A DNA stretch of 63,890 nt, the filler included, from Octopus bimaculoides (taxonomy: Eukaryota): assembly GCF_001194135.2 (NCBI RefSeq). It is 6 parts of 6 records of this genome, joined end to end, with 100 filler letters (N's around TTAATTAATTAA, not from the genome) between each part and the next. Parts side by side here need not be neighbours in the genome. Positions count along the whole stretch, not along the records: positions 30,433 to 49,984 come from NC_068987.1; positions 50,085 to 54,744 come from NC_068990.1; 4 more parts are not named here. One strand, written 5' to 3'. Positions 41,070-51,843 of the stretch are shown here, one piece after another. Within the stretch, counting starts at the first letter, position 1. Every line of letters starts with the position of its first letter. Position numbers and translations under genes: made by a program. The notes beneath the pieces were generated by a model, which saw only the letters and a list, made by a program, of their open reading frames with translations, did not search any database and was not told the DNA's origin.

Positions 41070-41720
41070 TAAAAAATCTCAGATAGAGCATCTTTCGAAA
41101 GTCTCACAAATCTTCAATGCACCACTAATAGATAAAATTTGAAGAATCAGTTTCTTTTGCTCTCTCTTTGAAAAACCTAGCATTTCTAGGTTTTTGTGTA
41201 AATTTGTTGGTACATTGCCTAATGCACCTATGATGATAGGTGCAAATGAGGATTTATAGTTAGGGTACAAGAGTTGCAAGTGCTGCATTAATCCACCATA
41301 AATGTTCACTTTTTCCTGAACTTTTGATGGTACATTTACATCTGCTGGGCAGTTGACCTCTACAACAGTGTATAACTTTTGTTCCCTGTCTCAGAACAAA
41401 TCCTCATTTGCACCTATCATCATAGGTGCATTAGGCAATGTACCAACAAATTTATGTTTGCACCAACTTGTTATGTTTGCCCCAACTTGCTGTTTTTATT
41501 GGAGTGTTCCTCCAGTATTCCTTGTTTTTAAATGTGTGAATATATGCTGGTTCTGACATGCCTTTGATGTATACATTGTAGTATTGTAAATAGTCTTTGC
41601 AACTATATCATGCCTACAGGGTATGTAGTATCTTGTCAACATTTTGGGGCAGTTATACTGATATAGCAGAACCGATATTTTCTATCACAACATAGAGATT
41701 TGGTGGTTTATCAGGTATTT
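41070..41720 (-). mobile_element. RLE-type non-LTR retrotransposon C-terminal remnant with a 57-bp inverted duplication
   Basis: NCPKMLTRYYIPCRHDIVAKTIY (CCHC knuckle region), then DREQKLYTVVEVNCPAD..EKVNIY..L..LYPNYK..APIIIGALG..SGALKIC. Confidence 0.8.
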
Positions 41721-42432
41721 AGAACCTATCTCCTGTTCCTGGATAGTGAAGGCTATCTAGGTGGGATATAATGTATCTATCAAATGTTCAGGAAAGGTTA
41801 CTTTTCCGGTTAACACTGTTGTTATCCTTTAGCTTATGAGATATGTACCCATACATTGTTTTTAGCTGGTGTGATGCCTGCTCTCCCCTTATTTTATTCA
41901 CCTCACATCCTCAGTATCATATTACACCACTATTGAGTACCGTCTTATATCATCCACTCAGTTCCTACCACCATTACTCGTAACTGTTACACTATATTTA
42001 TTCCTACATACCTTAGCTCTCCACATGTGTCACGGAGAACTTCTGCTATCCTTTATGCTGCTCACCACTCAACCCCTTTTTGTACTGTCACTTATCACCT
42101 CCTCCTCCTTGACCTACAAACTAATATTCCACATTAAACATGCCCATTTGCCATTCACTGCATCACCTACATCTCTCTATTCCTGCTTCTAACCATTTGT
42201 TGCTCACCTCACAAGCTTGCAAACTTACCTCATCCTTTTCCCCTGTCACTCTTACATTCACCAATTTTTACATTGAGGTTATGTCTTAACACCTCATCAC
42301 CACCATCATCTCTCCTTTTTCTGCTGGGGTAGTCATATGTTTTCTCTACAAGACACTTGTTTGTCTATCATACTCTTGTTTCTCAACACACAGCATAAGC
42401 CATTTACCTTAATACAAAACCCCCTCAGTCAA

Positions 42433-42625
42433 TGGATCTTGTCTTGCAAGCTACTTGGCAACCACAGTGACACAGAAAAGCACCCAGTACACTGTAAAGT
42501 TGTTGGCATTAGGTAGCGCATCCAGCTGAAGAAACTATGCGAAAACAGAAATTGGAGCTTCAGCATGCTAACATGGAATACTTATACTAAATGATGATGA
42601 CGATGATGATGATGATGATGATGAT
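42433..42625 (+). mobile_element. RTE-type 3' tail fragment ending in (GAT)n
   Basis: aaaagcacccagtacact...gcatgctaacatggaa...taaatgatgatg resembles 33150-33310. Confidence 0.65.
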
Positions 42626-42835
42626 ATATATATATANNNNNNNNNNNNNNNNNNNNNNNNNNNNNNNNNNNNNNNNNNNNNNNNNNNNNNNNNNNNNNNN
42701 NNNNNNNNNNNNNNNNNNNNNNNNNNNNNNNNNNNNNNNNNNNNNNNNNNNNNNNNNNNNNNNNNNNNNNNNNNNNNNNNNNNNNNNNNNNNNNNNNNNN
42801 NNNNNNNNNNNNNNNNNNNNNNNNATATATATCTT

Positions 42836-43203
42836 CTTTTATTCATTTCAGTCATTAGCTTGCAGCCATGCTAGGGCACCACCTTGTAGAATTTTAGTTG
42901 AATGAATTGATTCCAGTACTTATTTTTTTTAAGCCTAGTATTTATTCTATTGGTCTCTTTTGCTGAATTACTGTGTGGATATAAACACACCAACACCAGT
43001 TGTCAAGAGGTGTAGGGAACATAGACACAAAGACACACAAATATGACAGGCTTATTTCAGTTTCTGTCTACCAAATCCACTCACAAGTCTTTGGTTAGCT
43101 TGAGGCTATAGCAGAAGACACTTGCCTAAGGTTTCACACAGTGGAACTGAGCACAGAACCATGTAGTTGGGAAGCAAACTTCTTACCACACAGCCACACC
43201 TGC
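42836..43203 (-). mobile_element. OK-like tRNA-derived SINE
   Basis: Collinear with 38063-38463. Confidence 0.85.
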
Positions 43204-43273
43204 ACACACACACACACACCTATACACAGACACACACACACACAGACACACTCACACACACACACACACACAC

Positions 43274-44554
43274 ATCAAGTCATTAAAAATGAAATGTCAA
43301 ATTTTGAACTGAAAGTTTATTTTACTTTATCTCAACAAAAAGAAATGCAGTTAATCAAAGTATGCACCTAAATTATCAACACAATTTTGCCATTTTATCG
43401 TTAGCTTACTTATGCTGGCAGCAAAAAATTCTGGAGAGCAAGAGGTGATGAAATCACGAAAGACTACTTTTGCATCTTCTTCAGATTTTAAGTTTTTCCT
43501 TGCAAAAAGTTGTCTAATACCTGGAAAACATGATAGTCAGTTGATGCAAGGTCTGGTGAATATGATGGATGACAGAGTACTTCCAAGTTCAGTTCCTGTA
43601 ACTCAAGTAGCATTCTTTGTGCAACATGTGGTCAAGCATTGTCTTGCAAGAGAATTGGCCTGTCTCTGTTGATGAATCTCAGTTGTTTAATTACAAGTTC
43701 ACTCATCATTTCATCCAACTGGTTGTTGTATACATCTGCTGTAATTGACTTATCAGGTTTCATGAAGCTGTAGTGGATGACACCAGTGCTGGACCACCAA
43801 ACAGACACCATTAGCTTTTTTTGGTGAATATTCATTTTGGATTGTGTTTTGGCACTTCGTCTCTATCCAACCATCATACAGAATGCTTGCTATTGTTGAA
43901 AAGAATCCATTTTTCATCACATGTAACAATGCAATGCAAAAATGGTTTGCTTTTATGCTGTGACAGCAAAGGAACAGTAAGTTTCAAGACTATGTGTCAT
44001 TTGATGCTCATTCAGTTCATGTAGTACTCACTTGTCCAGCTTCTTTACCTTGCCAATTTGTTTCAGATGGTCCAGTACAGTCGGAATTGAAACACCAGAC
44101 CTTGCTGCTAACTCACACATAGTTTGAGATGTATTTGCTTCCACTACAATTTCCAGCTCATCATTGTCCAACTTGGTCTCAGGTCTACCATGGGGCTGAT
44201 TTTCAAGAGTAAAGTCACCAGACTGGAAGTTCTCAAACTATTGGCAGTGCACCATTTTGCCACATCTTCACCAAACACCTCATTGATGTTTTGAGCTGTC
44301 TGGGATGCATTCGTTCCAAAATAGAACTCATATTCATAAACAACATGAATTCTTGATCTACCCATGGGTTCACAAAAATTGATTTACAAGAGAAAACTCA
44401 CAATATAATCAGGCACCATGAACTGTATTTCAAAAAGTGATGATGTAACTCCTCAATGTTGTAAACAAAGAATTGTCAGGATAAAAACGTTAGAGTTAAC
44501 GACTGTCAAACTTGGCACATAAGAAAATCGGACATTTCATTCATAATGACCTGA

Positions 44555-44555
<1 letters not shown>
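43274..44555 (-). mobile_element. Full-length but defective mariner (DD34D) transposon, about 1.28 kb
   Basis: TIRs 43274-43305 and 44524-44555 match at 27 of 32 positions. Transposase pieces: YEYEF..GTNASQTAQNINEVFG; HQKKLMVSVWWSSTGVIHY...PILLQDNA. Confidence 0.92.
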
Positions 44556-44621
<66 letters not shown>

Positions 44622-44792
44622 AAGGAAAATTTTATCATCAATAATTGTGACTGAGGGTGCTGAAATACCTGTATTGCAAGAAATAAGAGTTGAAAACTCT
44701 CAAGGTTGTATGAAGCACTCAATATATATACATTGATAAGGTGACAAGGGAAATAACCACCCCATGAGTGACTAGGATCACTGGAATAGACT

Positions 44793-44831
44793 AACTAGTT
44801 TCACCTATCAGTCGTAGGCTCATCAACAGTG
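44793..44831 (-). ncRNA. Degenerate hammerhead-like motif
   Basis: Minus strand: cactg-TTGATGA-gccta[7 nt]taggt-GAAA-ctagtt. C3 is mutated, stem III AACTAGTT is palindromic, and the stem I partner is displaced by 9 nt. Confidence 0.35.
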
Positions 44832-45136
44832 ACTACTCAATTGCTCACTGTTTATATATATATATATACATATATATATAAATAATATATAAATATATGC
44901 ATATATCCATACATATATGTACATACCTACATCTATATGTATACGTACATGCATATATGGGTACAGGACATCACAAAAAAACGTTAAACACAATGAGAAA
45001 CGAAAATATAAAGATGAAAACAGAAAATAAACTTTTTTCGAACAACGAAAAAAACAGAGAAACGAGACATGCAACATAAAGAATATTCCCCTTCATCAGT
45101 TGTCCCTGTCCATCTACTCCACGTTTTGAAGGCAAG

Positions 45137-45610
45137 GACAAATCATCATCATCATCATCATCATTTAACGCCTGTCTTCCACACTGACATGGGTTGGACA
45201 GTCTGACAGGAGCCAGCCAGGCTACTGTGTCTTTTTTGGCATGGTTTTTCACCTCGATGTCCTTCCTGACATCAACCACCTCAGAGAGTGGACTGAGTGC
45301 ATTTTATGTGGCACAAGCCTGGGCGAGGTCAGTTTTGACATGGTTTTTACAACTAGATGCCCTTCCAAATGCCAACCACCTCACAATGGGGACTGGATAC
45401 TTTTTACATGGCACCAGCACTGGCAGAGTCACCAAGTAACTTGCAAGACAAGGAATTCTGAGAGCCTTATATAGGCTTCTTTCAACCAAATCTACAGACT
45501 CTACATACAGAATTTAGTTGACCCAGGGCTATTGCAGAAGATACCCAAGGTGTTATGAAGTAGAACTGAACCAAAGACAACACAGTTGGAAAGCCAAGCT
45601 TCACAACCAC
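45137..45610 (-). mobile_element. Composite SINE: degenerate tRNA-like head joined to an RTE-like 3' tail with (GAT)n
   Basis: Head 45472-45610 resembles the OK-like heads. Tail ends ccaacccatg...gcgttaaatgatgatgat, as in the RTE at 33258-33310. Confidence 0.65.
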
Positions 45611-45706
45611 TTGTCAGAGAGATTGGAGGGCTAAGCTAAGCCTTGAAACATAGCTTAACTACATTAATACATATATTACTTTAATACAATATATATATAT
45701 ACTTCA

Positions 45707-46194
45707 TTGTTGTATCTGGTTTGCAAGATTTGTTATGTGAATTTGTGTGCTGAAACAAATTTTGTTGTGTCTAGGGACAGTCATAATGCCTTAATATAAC
45801 ACACTCACCAGTTCAATCTCCGCTTGTTTATTTATTTATTCCAGAAAACTTTTTCATCTCTGCATTTGCAACCATATCAATGGATTTTGACTCTGACTGT
45901 TATTAAAGTTGCATTCCTTTTTTTTTAATTTTGAATATGCAGGATGCATACATATACACATATATACATACACAAGCACACATACATGCTGATGAGCATG
46001 CATTACACACAGAACAAAATCTTGCACCAAATTCTCACAAAAAATAGAGGAATGCAGTTACAGTCAAAATCCATTGATATGGTCGTAAATACAGTGACAA
46101 AAAAGCTTTCTGGAATAAAATAAATAAATCAATAAATGTGTGGAAATTGAACTGGTGAGTGTGTTATATTAAGGCATTATGACTCTCCTCAGAT

Positions 46195-46203
<9 letters not shown>
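45707..46203. repeat. Inverted repeat element with arms of about 125-150 bp
   Basis: 45779-45817 is the exact reverse complement of 46146-46184 (39 nt). 45871-45892 is the exact reverse complement of 46062-46083 (22 nt). Confidence 0.9.
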
Positions 46204-46242
<39 letters not shown>

Positions 46243-46588
46243 CAAAAGGGGAGATAGGAGTGATTAGAATGCATTTATTAGCTAAAGAAACTAGATAGAT
46301 AAAGAGAATGATCTAGCTGGGATGAGAGTAAGGATTAAAACAAATGTGTTATTTTGTGGGGTGCCATGAAAACCAAATGAACACACAGACACAAACAACT
46401 CATCAAAATTAATAGACAAAATATGATTTAGAAAACTTGAGAGTACATGAAAAAGCATAAAATAAACAGAAAATTGAAATAATAATAAGTTGAAGCAATG
46501 ATACAAAACATAAAAAAGTCTTTAGCAAAAGCTATATTTATAATCTTCATGGTCAATAGAAATGTAAAAGTTACAGAAGTTAAATTAA

Positions 46589-46808
46589 CCCTTTAGCATT
46601 TAAACTGACCCTATCCAACCCAGATATTCTACCTGTTTTATGTTCAAACCAGCAAGATCGAGTCCTTTACACTTACCCTACAATGTCATGCTAAAAATAA
46701 ATAATTACATCATTGAAATCTTGAAGCTATGAGATAATGAATGATTATTTCAAAGCACTGTGAATAAATAATCCTTACATTTGGCAGAATAATCTGAATG
46801 CTAAAGGG
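46589..46808. mobile_element. piggyBac-like MITE (220 bp)
   Basis: TTAA-CCCTTTAGCATT...AATGCTAAAGGG-TTAA: 12-bp perfect TIR flanked by TTAA on both sides. Confidence 0.85.
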
Positions 46809-47545
46809 TTAAGGTCATAGAACATCAAATATGATGCCACAAAAAGAACAGTTGCTATTTACCTTTACATATAGGGTTTAGCTTCATTGATTTTGGAGCC
46901 TTTTCACATAGATATTGGTTGACCAACAAAGTGAAGTTCTTAGCATAAGTAACTTTCAAGGTGCTTCTGTTGAATATCCGATAACACTTATGCCCCACGG
47001 GAAAATGCCTCGATATTGAATTTAAGACTCACATTTGTCTTAGCATTCGTACTGGATGTCAAACTGAACCAAAAGAGCTTTCTGGCCTTAGTTCTGAGAC
47101 CTAGAATTATTTTCAGTGCTTACAGAATGGATCTGCCGAGAACCCATCGATATTAATGGTATTGTAAGGAGGCTGTGTTAAAGGCAATTTCCTCCACTAA
47201 CAAAGAAGAGAATCACTTATGTTATGAACTAAATTCTTAAGGCTACAAGGAGGATGACTGGAACTCTTAATACAGAACAGGCTTTCATTATACCTATTGT
47301 CTTAAACTATTTTTCTGGATCATCATTTATATTTGAGAGGGACTCTGCATAATGCCTATTCAATATACAACCAATTTACAATAAGTAGTAATTGCAACTT
47401 TTTTTTTTTAATAAGCCACCTATTAACTGACAAGATATACTGATTTGATTGAAAATATGACAATGCATCAAATTAATCTGTTTCAAATTAACTTGTATGT
47501 TAAAAAGATTTCTTTTTATCCATCTCATTTAGGAAATTCCTTACT

Positions 47546-47750
47546 CCTTTAGCATTTAAACTGGCCATATTCAGCCCAAAATATTCTACTTGTTTTATGT
47601 TCAAACCAACCAAATCCAGCCTCTCACACCTACCATACAATGTCATTCTAAGAATAAAGAGACACATTGTTGCAATTTCAAAACTATGAGATAATGCATG
47701 ATTAATTCAAATATGTAAATGAATAAGCATTCTATTTGACAGAGTGTTAA
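47546..47750. mobile_element. Second, right-end-damaged copy of the same MITE
   Basis: cctttagcatttaaactg...gttttatgttcaaacca...ctatgagataatg is collinear with 46589-46808. Confidence 0.8.
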
Positions 47751-47791
47751 TATCACAAAAACATTCATATATATTTGATTATTTTTGGCAG

Positions 47792-47850
47792 GTATCATTG
47801 ATATTTATAGATTGGGTGAAAACTTAACGTTTGAAATGGAAGATAAACAT
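47792..47850 (+). CDS. PDE10A: PDE10A-like coding exon B
   Basis: Acceptor tttttggcag, donor gtaagt, 59 nt. Encodes (S)IIDIYRLGENLTFEMEDKH, collinear with PDE10A (G)ILELYRHWGKEAFCLSHQE. Confidence 0.85.
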
Positions 47851-48658
47851 GTAAGTTTATATCTCTTCGCTATTTTCTTAGTTTCTTTGGAGTGTGCCCA
47901 TCCCCTACTTGCCCCATTTTTTGATTCTGCTTCCCATTTTCTGTCTTCATACATTCACAGCTTATTCCTCCATTCTATCTACATTTTCTTCAATTTTCGC
48001 CTATTCCTAACCAGTGTTAAATTAGATACCAGTAATGTTCTAAACTTGATCATGTGACTAATATGCAAACATGAAGACGAAAACCTCTGAGTTGATATTG
48101 AGACCAGCTTCCAGATTTGATTCACACCAACACCATTTCATTTATTCTCTCAGAAAAGGAAGGAATACACAATTTGCCATCCTTTAAGTTTCAAAATAAT
48201 GAAAATTACACCTTGTTAAAAAGAAGCCAAAATTTAATGGAACATTCCAAATCTTTTTTTATTTTAAAAATTTAATAAATACCTGATACTTTATTGCTTA
48301 GTACTTATTTTATTGACTCAGTATGAAGTAAACTTTATTTTCTGAATTTGAAAGCCACCAGAAGAGACATATCTATGCATTACAAAATGGTTCTGTTCTC
48401 TATCTTACAACATAGTACAAACTTGTTTCAATATTAACTGATTTTCTTAACAATACTTTTTGGAAAAAAAATTAATTTAAGTTAAATTGTAAAATAAAAG
48501 TCAAGTCCTAGAGTTACCTGCATTAAAGGCAAAATTGAAGATACAAAATTTTAGAAATCAATTATGTACAACTCAATAGACTAGTCACAATCATCATTTC
48601 AATCTTCACTATCACATTATATTTCACTAATTTAATTTATTCTAATTTTTGCTTGCAG

Positions 48659-48709
48659 TTGGCATACTGTTTTCGTATTTGGGCCAGTGTTCTTCTGAAG
48701 AATATTGAG
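48659..48709 (+). CDS. PDE10A: PDE10A-like coding exon C
   Basis: Acceptor ttttgcttgcag, donor gtgaga, 51 nt. Encodes LAYCFRIWASVLLKNIE, collinear with PDE10A VATANLAWASVAIHQVQ (WASV shared). Confidence 0.85.
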
Positions 48710-49167
48710 GTGAGAAACTATGTTCACCCTTAAAGTTAAATGTGATTTTGAGTACTAAGTAGGTCCAACACCTGCTGTTCTATGTACTCTCCAATTTAGA
48801 TAGTCCAATTTAGAACCTTATAAATATTGTTATGTATTAGTATGCAATAGTCCAGTTGCTGATCATATGGTTATCAGTCGAGGGTTTAACTTTTATTTTC
48901 TAAGAAGGATGAATATATTTAAGATACACAAGCTATGTTGTATGATAAAATGTATAATTAACTGGTTGCTATTTGTTAAAGCAGAACTACAGCCTACATG
49001 AGTATGTTGGGTTTGCAAAGATAAATAGCAAGAATTTGACTAGAATGATTAAGGTTAAAACCTAAGTTAATGAAAGCATGTCATCCGAAACTGGACTAAA
49101 TGTATTTACATATGTTTAATCAATTACATCATATGTTGTAATGGTCAATATTTATAATTTTTAACAG

Positions 49168-49226
49168 ATTGGGGCCCAAATGGAACATCAAAGACAACTG
49201 AATGATTTTATTTTAACTGTGACAAG
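49168..49226 (+). CDS. PDE10A: PDE10A-like coding exon D (GAF-A/GAF-B linker helix)
   Basis: Acceptor ttttaacag, donor gtaatc, 59 nt. Encodes IGAQMEHQRQLNDFILTVT(R), collinear with PDE10A [20 protein letters not shown]. Phases of all four exons are compatible. Confidence 0.85.
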
Positions 49227-50084
49227 GTAATCTTAGCAAATATTTTTCTTGTACCATTTTAAGGCTTTTAAAGACTGCTATTTTTTAATTGAAAAAGATT
49301 TACTAAACATTTAGTAAATTCAATAAATTCATACCCACTATATTGACACCTAAAAATTGATACTTTAACCATGTGATAAATACATTTATTTCTATTAGCT
49401 AATCAAATTGACTATGCAAAAAATTTTCTAACTAACTAATATTCTAGCTTCTAAATACCTAATGGTTCAGACAAGTATTGTGTCTATTGTTAGTTTAACA
49501 CACAAAACCTCAATTTGAAGGACACTGCTTAAAGAAAAATTCAATTGTATATACTTAGAACTAGATGAGCTTGGATGTTAAACTTGACCATGAATGAAAC
49601 AATATTAGTGTTAAAATGAAATACAATCAGTTGACTATGTGACAGTCAGAAATCTTTGAGAAAACAAAATTTCAATATTGTATATAACACCCAGTGTTGC
49701 TAGGGTGTCATGGCCTACAGCCATATTGTATTATTTGTTCCTTTCTTATGGGCAGAATCAGCACGGTTGATATATATATAATGAACTGAATTACTGGCAT
49801 AAAAGTGAAGTGGGAGGGTACAATTTGCATGGATTTGCATGAAAATGCTTTCTGTTCTTAAGAAGGATCACAAACTATGTATTGTTTCATATTATAAAAG
49901 GAGGTTAATACAATTTTGCCCAGAAATCACATTTTCAAAATTTTAGTTTCCCCCCGTCCCTAACGCAATTTCTTAATTTGTAACNNNNNNNNNNNNNNNN
50001 NNNNNNNNNNNNNNNNNNNNNNNNNNNNTTAATTAATTAANNNNNNNNNNNNNNNNNNNNNNNNNNNNNNNNNNNNNNNNNNNN

Positions 50085-50118
<34 letters not shown>

Positions 50119-50160
50119 TTAGCGAATGAAGTAAAACACATATGTTAACTGCATACTTTT

Positions 50161-50250
50161 ATTTCCAACATATGTTTCGAAGATTACAAATTATACCTTC
50201 CATAGGAATCGGTGAAGTTGTTAAGAATGTAATCTTCTCTTCAGGGAAAT
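50161..50250 (-). ncRNA. Type I hammerhead ribozyme, intact core
   Basis: Minus strand: ATTTCC-CTGAAGA-GAAGATTACA[39 nt]TGTAATCTTC-GAAA-C-ATAT-G-TT-GGAAAT. Stem I 6 bp, stem II 10 bp, palindromic stem III AACATATGTT, GUU cleavage triplet. Confidence 0.85.
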
Positions 50251-50626
50251 GCATGGGAACCAGCTTAAACATAAGACATTTTAACCGAATATGAGAACTG
50301 TAGTTGGAGAAGGATGTTACGTAATTTATTTGAAAAAGCCGTTAGAGGTTAGGATACTACTAGACAATACGTTGGACAAGAAGGGAATAAAAGAAAGAAA
50401 GAAAAAAAAAGTTAGAGTGTAAAGTTGGGAGATAATAAGATGATTTAAATCCGATAAAAATTGGAGAGGAATGTTATGTAAATGATGGGATAGTAAAGGG
50501 GAGTTAATGTTGTATTTCTACAAATAGTGGTGAGATAAATGTGTATAATCATATGTACACATGTAAACGCACATATATACACACATACATACTCACACAC
50601 ATACACTCGTATACATACATGCATAT

Positions 50627-50691
<65 letters not shown>

Positions 50692-51843
50692 TACACACAC
50701 ATATACATACATAAGCACACACATACATCACATATTTACATACACATACATACATCCAACCATACATATATATACACATGTACATATAAATTTTATTAAT
50801 AAAAACAAATACATACAAACATCTACACATACATATATAGTTTCATACATAAACATGAATGTGCACACACACACACATATATATGTGCATACATACACAC
50901 AAACACACATATACATGTATACGCACACATATATGTGTGTGGTTCCATGTATGTACATGGATACATACACGCATTAGTATACACTCCTTAGTACGTACAT
51001 ACACACGTTAGTTGTGTGGTAATTGATATTAAAGCAGAGGGATATTTATGGGAAAGTGATTCTTATATTAGTTAATAAGATATTAAATGATTGATATATA
51101 ATTAATTAATAAATAATAAAGTTAATGGGTGATCTATTAATCTATAGAAATGGATTATGTTATTAAGTTAGATGCAAAAAAAGTTGGGCTGAAGTAGGGG
51201 TTGAATGAGTAAAAATTACTTGAGAAGACAAAGTTAATATTATTATTAAAGTTTACTTCAGTGATACCGTTCCATATCTGTTAATGCAAGGGTTTTCTAA
51301 GAGATAAAATAGAATGTTATGTAGATCAGTAAATAATGCGTCATAGAATAGAATATTTAAATGTTTGGGATTCGAATAAACAATTGAACTAGGATTGTTT
51401 TCAGAATTTTAGATGTTTCTAGGAACGTTTAAGATGATAAATTAAAATCGTAGATTTAGAATACTCTCACTAACGTTACTCTGAACATGATAAAAAACTC
51501 TTATTATTGCTGAATAAATTGAAAGTAGTAAATGAATGATAAGGAAGTACAATGAAGTATGAAATCAAGTGAGTAAGGTTAATTGGGCACAGCATATTAG
51601 ACATTGTAGGAGGTAATGTTTATGATGAATTAAACTGAAAATAATGGTCTAGTGTATGTTTATAGATTTTGTTGGTGTTCTAATTAAGGTTTACAAATTA
51701 AGAGTGTTTAGATAACATATGTCAAGCGAAATCAGTCTATATCTTTTTACATATAAAGGTATAATTGACATGTGTTTCTAGAGTTATTTGAGGAACTAAT
51801 ATGTAACAAGTTAATTTGTTAGCGTTATGTAAATAAGTGTTTA

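Noticed and set aside
45075-45135. CTGATGA plus AAACG on the minus strand as a permuted hammerhead
   Set aside because: No valid UH triplet or stem I.
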